Shown: positions 57,301 through 64,000 of the stretch, in pieces
Position numbering within the stretch: the stretch's first letter is position 1
Layout: each line of letters starts with the position of its first letter
DNA from: Phoronis australis
Taxonomy: Eukaryota > Animalia > Phoronida
Reading direction: 5' to 3'
DNA: 64,000 nucleotides
Assembly (NCBI GenBank): GCA_002633005.1
Contig: NMRA01000748.1
Location: forward strand, 32,583-96,582
Program-made: the position numbers and the translations under genes
Notes under the pieces: model-generated
Seen by the model: only the letters and a program-made list of their open reading frames with translations
The model's database searches: none
Told to the model about the DNA's origin: nothing

Positions 57301-60300
57301 AAAAATGGGATGAAAGATCACAATTTTTGCTGCTACAAGTTTGCATCTGACACTACTCAGCACTGTATAGATACCAACGTGATTTTAACAAGAGCAACAC
57401 AGAGTGTTGAAATGCGCCCACGAATGCACCGCTTACGGTGTGCTTCTAGAGTTGTTTATTTGTATCATAAAACTAACCACTAGATGGTGCAATCCATCTG
57501 CAACTGGAACATGTCATCGCTTCTTTAATAAAAAGTTATTCACTAAATTTCATAAAAATCTGACAAAAAATTCAGAGAAACAGAAAAAAATGAAACTGCC
57601 ACTAGGGGGCACAGTGTCCACCTGAAAGTTGTTATCTATTGTTAGCTTCATATAAATACACTTACTAAATTTAATAAAGATCCGACAGTGGGTTTAGGAG
57701 ATACAGCGCAAAACAAAACAAAACCACCACTAGAAGGTGCCACAGTAGTCAACGTCATCTTCCTTAACTGTCCTTTTCACAATGAGAACATATACGCCAA
57801 TTTTCAAAATCATTCTTAGAATGGTTTGGTTGATAGATGGGTGGATGCCAAAAAACAGACTCGAAAAACATTTAAAATGGCGATTAGGTGGCAAAAAATA
57901 CCTCGAATCTATCTGAAAATGGTAGGTTGGCGTCACTTCTCCAATAGATGCCTATATTCCAAATTTTATGAAACTCCATTGAGGACCTATGAATATACAG
58001 AGATGAACATGAAAACTAAAATTGCCACTAGGGGCATACTGATGTGAAAATATGTGCAAAAGTCATCGTCGTCATCCATTGTCAACATCATAAATGCACT
58101 TGCTAAATTTAGTAAAGATCCTGCAAACGGTTTAGAAGATACAGCCATGGACGCAAAAAAAACTGCCACTAGGAGGAGCCACAGTAAATGAAGACATCGG
58201 AATTTCACTGTCAGCCATCCTCTTCATAGTAAGAAATTACATGCTAATTTTCACAATAATCATTAGAGCGGTTTGGTTGATAGAGGGTGGACACCAAAAA
58301 GCAGACTAAAAAACAGTAAAAATGGCCACTAGGTGGCTCAAAATACCTCGAATCCATCCGTGAGGATAGCGTCATCTCACTAACAGACATCTATATCCCA
58401 AATTTTATAAAAATGTGTTGAGGACCTTTAAAGATACAGAGTTAAACGTAAAAAACTAAAATTGCCACTAGGGGGCACACCAGTAGTCCCATCCCTACGA
58501 AAGTCATCATCATTTGTTGTCAGCATCATATAAATACACTTGCTAAATTTAATGAAGATCCTGCAAACAGATCAGGATATACAGCCATGGGTGCAAAAAA
58601 ACAAAACTGCCACTAGGAGGTGCCACAGTAGTCAAAGTCGGAAAATCATCATCCGCTATACTTTTCATAGTAAGAACATACATGCCAATTTTCACAATCA
58701 TCCTTTAACTGGTTTGGTTAACAGAGGGGTGGATGTCAAAAATCAGACTCGAAAACAGTAAAAGTGGCCACTAAGTGGCGCAAACTATGTAAAATCCATC
58801 CGAAAACCAGAGGATAGTGTCACCTCACTAATAGATGCCTATATTCCAAATTTTGTGAAAATACGTTGAGGACCTCTGAAGATACAGAGGTGAGCGTAAA
58901 AAACTAAAATTGCCACTAGGGGCACACACGTAGTCGGAGAGGTCTGAAATTTGTCGTCATCCATCGTCAGCTTGTTAGGAACACATCAGTCAAATCTGAT
59001 AAGATCCTGTGAGGCGTTTAGGAGATACAGCTGCGGACGCTGGATGCCCAGACAGAGATGACGGCAACATGCGACCACATATAAATATGTGGGCGCATAA
59101 AAAGTCACCACACAGGAAGGTAGAGGATAATTTGGGTAAACTTTCCAAAACAGGTATATCCCTCTTACATAGACCTGTACAAAGATGGGGTACAACAGTC
59201 ACTGTAGTTCTTGGCATTAACAAGGGTGCATTTTTTTCACTTTGGCGTGGTATAAATATTACTCGTTGTACTAGTACTAAACTTATAGTTCTGCAATGAA
59301 ATTCATACCTCAATCTTCAGATAAAATCAAAAGTTTTTAAAATATATTTCACAGAAGATAGACTAATTAAAATGCTAATTGTTGTTGTTCATATGTCAAG
59401 TCATAAGTGATAATATTCTATGGGCCGGACACTTCCAGATTAAAAAAGCATTTAGGTACAAATTTGCCAGTTCTATGTACATCAGCTCAACTCGTTTATA
59501 CAAAGCAGGTGCTTTCTACCAAAAATAAGTTTTGATTTAGGCCATTTAGCATTATAAAATTGATCCAAAATTGCTTTTTAGTCAAGTTAAGGGTGACTTC
59601 AGGGTTTTAAAAGAATTTTGACACTATGTTAATTCTTCAGGTCAATTTCACAAAATTGTTGCTCTTCTGCAAAACATAAAAACACTTCTTGATGAAAATG
59701 CTCAAGAAAGTGATAGCAAAAATATTTATTACCGTAAACGTTCGGGTTAACGCCCTGGGCGGTTAAATTGGCAAACCCAAAAAATCGGGGATGGGCGGTT
59801 AACCAGACATGGGCGCTTAAACGTGAAATTTCAAGAAATTTCAAGAAAATCAGGGTGGGCGGTTTACTGAACATGGGCGCTTATTACGACAGGCAACTGC
59901 CTGGGCGGTTAATCTTACCTCGTGATCCAAGTCTCCACAGCACACACGTGCTCAGAACGCGTAGCGTTTTTCAAAGAGCTTTAACGTCACGTCGCCAAAT
60001 GACGGGAAAAATGTCATAACAGCGGATGATCCCAACAAAGGTTCTATTGCCCTCAGATTAGCTATTTACTATTAAATTTACAGAATTGCTGAGTAATAGC
60101 CCCGTGCCGTCCTGCCGTCTTGTTATTTTGCCCTGTAGAGCGCAGACGACCAGTGACCACGCAGCCTCAACTTTGATTGCTGCTATTTCAAGATGTGATC
60201 TTGCTAAAGTGTGCGCGTGCAAGCTTCACGCGTTGCAGAGGTCACCTCGTACTAGCTGTCAAGTTCATAGAAATAAAAGTTTGAAAAACTTAATTCAGAT

Positions 60301-62671
60301 GTTTTTTGTGTTTGGGATGTTTATAGTCGACACTCCGTGACTCAATGACATTTTCAGCGTATGGTTCTGCGGCTAGCTGTTTTATCTAGACCGCCTGGCA
60401 TTACTCACTTGCCGTTGCGCCAAACATGCTCGGCAAAAAAGTAAGACAAGAATCGGGGTTAAGTAGCCGTGAGCAACTCGTCAATCAAGAATAAAATTTC
60501 GAGCCACGGCATAAATATGTGTTAAAACATCACAAAACAGCGATGTTTCAATTCATTCTTAAACGATTACCTTACCAAATTTGGTAGTGGAAAAACATTT
60601 ATTTTACATGCAAGATGTCCAGATCCTATTTATATCACCTACAATATCGCACTGCGGCACTGTTCGGTTCCGCTGTTAGCGCGCAATGTCTCAGTCGGCT
60701 GACAATCGTGATTTGGAAATGCCGTCAAGTAATATAACGTCCTCTTTCAATATGCATCTTGTTTTTTACGGCCGCGATAGCGTCGGGATTCAGCTCGCAC
60801 GTAGGGCCTACGTGTGATTCACCTGTCAATCACATGTTGGAGTCAAGGTAACATGCACTCCAAAGTGTGGGAACTTGCGCGCGTGCACCACTAATAAGTC
60901 ACAGATCAAACTAGAATAGCGACAGTCCTAAGGAACAGATTGAACGGGCGTGACTATGTACTTTTAAGCTGTGGTTATGAAAGACCCAGTTCTTTACGAT
61001 ATTCCTCCGTTGCCAATGTTCCCCAAAACTGCGATGTCAAATCTATTTCGATATTTCCCGGCTCGATGCTCCCTAAGCCCATGCCCGTAGCTAGCTGCGT
61101 GCATCTCCTACTCACTATCGCCAATTCATTCAGTCTTCGTCGTAGATATTTCATACTCGAATGGTTAAGAATTTTGTTCAGGATGAAACTGGCCAATGTA
61201 TAAACAAAATTATTCTGGATGGCTAAAAAAGGAATGAGGAAACGATAATTCACCCACCCACCCAGGGGTGCTGACGCAAGAAAAAATAAAGAACAGCCAG
61301 CGACATTAGTTAAATCTGCTAAAAACGCCAGTTTGACTGAGATGCAATAAGCGAAAAACAAAATTTGACTAGCAGTTTTTTATAACTTCAAGATCATACA
61401 CAAACATACATTATTGCCAACCTTTGAATTCAGAAATCGATAGGCAGCAACGAAATCGGTAACCCAGTAAGGCACTTGTACTGTCCCTTCCGTCGCCACA
61501 CATCCTCTATAACCCGGCAGTTACATTCATCAAAATGAGAATTTGACATCTTTCCGTGAGTTGTGAGATTTCTTCAAAATACGAGAGCTTCCCACCTTAA
61601 GAGAATTTGGAGGGTTAACAAAACCATTGTCACATTTGTCTGGCCTGATTTTTTCGAATATATATTTTATCTAGTGCACTGCAGATGGAAACTCAGTGTG
61701 GCAGACAAAGTCGCTGAAAGCGGAGGTTTTGATGCCGGCGGCGTTCTTAAACTTTGCAAACATGGGAAGAAAATAAAGTAACAAAAACGTTTTGAAGTGA
61801 GTCCATGACCCAAGACAATAACTCGTTACTTGTATTGTAATTCACATTGCTAAACCACCGTCTCGGAGGCCCGGCGCTGTTGCTAGGGGGCTCATTGTGA
61901 TCATGGATCTTTTTCTAATTCTAAAAGTTGGGGAATCGTGCGTTTCCTTAGCACTGGGCGCTAAATCTTCATTCTTTAAAAGTCGGGGATGGGCGCTTAA
62001 CCGAGAGGTGGGCGGTTAAATTGAAAATCCAACTAAAGTAGGGGGTGGGCGGTTAACTGAACATGGGCGTTAACCCGAACGTTTACAGTATGACCATTTG
62101 ATACTTTCCATGTATTTGGAAATGGATACTTCCATTTTTAATATTCCACCTAATTTGTCTTATCCATGCAGCACCATTTTTCTGTAAGAGCATCAAAAGC
62201 ATTATGTTTATCAAGTATTCTTTCTTCTCACAATGAATTAACACAATCTATTAATTTCACAACTGATCAAAACAGCCAACATTTGACAGTTAGCACTTCT
62301 TGATGCAATGAGAGCATAAAAATGATACTCAATCCCAATTTGTTGGACAAGACAGTTTTTAAACTGTCTTGTCCAACAAATTGTCCAACTTAAAAGTTGG
62401 CAAAGATCAGTGGTAGTAAATTCTTATACCGGCAAGATATTTCATAACCTTGATTTATGCATGGAAATTTTTAGTGATGCTGAAAGCTTATTACTAACAT
62501 CTAGCAACACACGTCAAGGTAAGTTCAAGGATTATCAAAACAGAGCAAATGGAATTATAGTCACGATTAATGTTGTTTAGTACATACCATAATTCTGGTT
62601 ATCGGCTTGGGGTTCAAGTGTTTCGCTCCCTGTATTCTCCAACTGTGTGTCAGCTCGCTCCTGATGCAACT
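28845..62671 (-). CDS. Uncharacterised multi-exon gene for an acidic, repeat-containing protein; 5' end lies beyond the window
   Basis: Ten exons with polypyrimidine-AG acceptors and GT donors, all phase 1, join into one open frame that ends in TAG at 28845-28847. Confidence 0.75.
28897..30075. repeat. Coding minisatellite, 17 x 69 bp
   Basis: tgtacattctggtcc recurs every 69 nt. Confidence 0.95.
30388..31660. repeat. Second tandem-repeat-bearing interspersed family (inverted homologues at ~37030-38060 and ~47431-48950)
   Basis: Degenerate tandem units (gagctagctcat, gccagaaacccc); tagcatagatgaacgaagta matches ~37905-37923 in reverse complement. Confidence 0.6.
32042..33790 (-). mobile_element. 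HINE/DINE-1-like element (partial duplicate at 43745-44723)
   Basis: aacaagagcaacgc..aatgcgcccac at one end, gtgggcgcataaaaa at the other; (ggac)n; ~440-bp tandem units. Confidence 0.78.
33886..34966. mobile_element. pogo/Tigger-like non-autonomous element (copy at 44819-45858)
   Basis: TA|ccgtattcaccctaataagc...gcttattgggatgaatatgg|TA. Confidence 0.72.
35708..35888. mobile_element. GC-rich MITE with 5-bp TSD AAAAT (copy at 46411-46636)
   Basis: aaaat|cataggc...gatcagccactg|aaaat. Confidence 0.6.
36085..36245. mobile_element. GC-rich MITE with 5-bp TSD TGTTC (copy at 46833-46993)
   Basis: tgttc|cagggg..gatcc...aaatccgccactg|tgttc. Confidence 0.65.
38236..38337 (-). CDS. Phase-1 exon, copy A (MFLKDLLKYYRDLEFDELGFEKFRSLRHLNLRDL)
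   Basis: tttatttacag|TG...CTGA|gtatgt; 102 nt; the other two frames are stopped. Confidence 0.72.
38633..38683 (-). CDS. Phase-1 exon, copy A (SVDDIESGQWKLDLDR)
   Basis: ttttgtttcag|TA...CGAA|gtaagt; 51 nt. Confidence 0.72.
41258..41601. mobile_element. GC-rich MITE with 5-bp TSD GAATT
   Basis: gaatt|cagtggcggatctag...ctaaatccgcctatg|gaatt. Confidence 0.68.
48018..48694. mobile_element. 677-bp TIR element present only in copy B
   Basis: Perfect 13-bp TIR cattaccagcaat; the empty site cccttgtaaggccc is at ~37794. Confidence 0.85.
49132..49197 (-). CDS. Phase-1 exon, copy B (ISPKDLLKHYYRSLLHLNLRDL)
   Basis: tttatttacag|TT...CTGA|gtatgt; 66 nt, 36 nt shorter than copy A and still in frame. 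Confidence 0.72.
49487..49537 (-). CDS. Phase-1 exon, copy B (GCADDIEGGQSKPDSDQ)
   Basis: tttagtttcag|GA...CAAA|gtaagt; 51 nt. Confidence 0.72.
50832..51220. repeat. ~5 x 79-bp tandem repeat inside the retroelement
   Basis: gtgacYgtgtc starts at 50832, 50911, 50990, 51069 and 51148. Confidence 0.9.
51620..52582 (+). CDS. DIRS/Ngaro-type Gag-like protein (320 aa) with C-terminal zinc fingers
   Basis: Pro-rich N-terminus; FVDFYSLL, WCMAFLVY, YDQQFR...W..IN.ELW core; CWSYNSHTCPKPPTQCPYLHVCSSCNGKHPAKSC. Confidence 0.8.
   Translation: MPRQSARPSNSLYSRPSPAHPRSSPSSATSSTPPSAPAPDVSTIVSSVIQQLRQDPSLLSVPPSVSAPLPAAPSVLPVQPPPPPPPSTVHPPTNDQPFPITRPAVSATDILPLGFNVDDKVRAMIVSNQFVDFYSLLRPQHPSSSTLSLSVQEGQHILTSTPKSKSLQSCHEWCMAFLVYMSIYTTAHPHQSPHLCKYAHTILTFISTFGFHHAMYYDQQFRNLRARFPSHAPWHSINQELWVQTSLRSHQSPSPQTTSPHRTPGYCWSYNSHTCPKPPTQCPYLHVCSSCNGKHPAKSCRRQPSTPASTPPPPVKGRRI
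54822..54923 (-). CDS. Phase-1 exon (WLSPFKQSALIESHGRREWKGDDDKAADIDHKT)
   Basis: Long T-rich tract ending ttccag|TC...ACAG|gtatgt; 102 nt. Confidence 0.75.
55418..55498 (-). CDS. Phase-1 exon (GLSNPVQPMDSEFDILTNEAYKESKT)
   Basis: ttgcttttccag|TT...ACAA|gtatga; 81 nt. Confidence 0.7.
56288..56347 (-). CDS. Phase-1 exon (AKQKDVLSGSVGPKAGDFLE)
   Basis: ttatttttacag|CT...GAAT|gtacgt; 60 nt. Confidence 0.68.
56990..57097 (-). CDS. Phase-1 exon (DDIVYPIQAADLEYEEHRNHLHADENDDTMKRSTYT)
   Basis: ctttactttcag|AT...ACTG|gttgta (weak donor); 108 nt. Confidence 0.68.
57387..59103 (-). mobile_element. HINE/DINE-1-like element
   Basis: Same termini and tandem units as 32042-33790. Confidence 0.78.
59732..62088. 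mobile_element. 2.36-kb pogo/Tigger-like non-autonomous DNA transposon
   Basis: TA|ccgtaaacgttcgggttaacgccc...gggcgttaacccgaacgtttacag|TA. Confidence 0.85.
62588..62671 (-). CDS. Phase-1 exon (LHQERADTQLENTGSETLEPQADNQNY)
   Basis: ttatgctttacag|AG...TATG|gtatgt; 84 nt. Confidence 0.72.
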
Positions 62672-62720
62672 CTGTAAAGCATAAAATGCTTCTTATTGAA
62701 GACACACAGAGAAATTGATT

Positions 62721-63696
62721 ACAAGAGCAACGCAGAGCGTTGAAATGTGCCCACGGTGTGCTTTTAGGGTTATTTATTTGTTTCGTAACAATAGCCACTT
62801 GATTGCGCAAAACATTCAGTCCACCTGAAAACGGAAAAAATGCCATCGCTTCTTGAATACAATGCTATCTACCAAATTTCATAAAAATCTGTCAAGGAAC
62901 TTCAGAGAAACGAAGGCAAATGGAACAAGAGCAACGCAGAGCGTTGAAATGTGCCCACAATTGCACCGTATACGGTATCCTTCTAGGGTTGTTTATTGGT
63001 ACCATAAAGTGGCCAGTAGAGGGCATATATGTAGTATGTTGTACTTTGCAAAATGGAAAGGCATGGTCATTGTCTCCTCAATAGGCTAGGGGCAAAATGT
63101 GAGTGGTCTTCATAATACAAGCACATCCTATACATCAGTTGCTTAAAGTACCACAGAAACATAGAATTAAAAACAAATTTACCAACATACGAGATTAGCA
63201 CAGCATTAGAATGCCAGAAACAAATTTATACTTGGAACTTTTCCTTCATAGTCACGAAGTAACACAAAGTATACACCTGAAGACCTATGAAAATACAGAG
63301 GTCAAAGTAAAATACTAAAATTGCCACTAGAGGCATACCGGTAGTCAGAATCATAATAAAGTCGTCATCGTCCGTTGTCAACATCACATAAATACACTTG
63401 CTAAATTTAGTAAAGATCTTGCAAACGGTTTGGGAGATACAGCCATGTGCGCAAAAAAAAACTGCCACTAGGAGGCGCCACAGTAATCAAAGTCATGGAA
63501 AATTCAGCGTCAACCGTCCTCTTCATAGTAAGAACATACATGCCAATTTTCACAATCATACTTAGAGCGGTTTGGTTGATAGAGGGGTGGACGCCAAAAA
63601 ACAGACTCAAAAACAGTAACAAGAGCAACGCAGAGCGTTGAAATGCGCCCACAATTGCACCGTATACGGTATCCTTCTAGGGTTGTTTATTGGTAC
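62721..63696 (-). mobile_element. Cluster of HINE fragments with three 3' termini
   Basis: acaagagcaacgcagagcgttgaaatgYgcccac at 62721, ~62926 and ~63619. Confidence 0.7.
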
Positions 63697-64000
63697 CTCA
63701 TATCTCTCCGAAAGAACATAGTGTTCGTGTCGATGGCGTACTTTCAATTTTATCCCATCCTGGATTTGTAAACGCAGGTGTACCGCAGGGTAGCGTATTG
63801 GGCCCTCTTCTCTTCTTGGTTTATATTAATGACCTTCCTGATAACCTGTCATGTAGCACATACCTTTATGCAGATGACACGGCGCTTTTTTACCCCTTCG
63901 CAGGGAGCAGCCCTGAATGTTCTTTGCAGCTTCAACACGACTTAAATAAACTAAGCTATTGGTCACAAGAATGGAGAATGAATTTTAAACCAGAAAAAAG
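63697..64000 (+). mobile_element. CR1/L2-type LINE reverse transcriptase fragment, 5'-truncated, runs off the window
   Basis: [24 protein letters not shown]...LYADDT...[23 protein letters not shown]. Confidence 0.9.

Noticed and set aside
57255-57335. Candidate extra minus-strand exon (a similar candidate near 59308)
   Set aside because: Weak acceptor with incompatible phase; the second candidate has in-frame stops.

Overview
AT-rich, intron-containing animal genomic DNA (probably an invertebrate) with assembly gaps at 42526-43288 and 47099-47430. (1) 234-20777 (+): the last 22 coding exons of an intact DNMT1 (CXXC, BAH1/2, GK linker, catalytic motifs I-X); all junctions are GT-AG and in frame. 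(2) 28845-62671 (-): a convergent gene I do not recognise. It has nine short, symmetric phase-1 exons (51-108 nt) and a large last coding exon with 17 acidic 23-aa repeats. (3) An ~8-kb block of that gene occurs twice (32666-40555 and 43745-54644). The one intron I counted differs by ~3%, but the two duplicated exons differ by ~14-18%, mostly non-synonymously. The block is either a real duplication or two uncollapsed haplotypes. (4) Dense mobile DNA: Helentron-type (HINE/DINE-1-like) elements with arrays of CTCF-like motifs, a gag-only DIRS/Ngaro-like retroelement, ISL2EU-, pogo-, hAT5- and Kolobok-like non-autonomous elements, and Tx1/L1 and CR1/L2 LINE fragments. All counts are by eye and no database searches were run.
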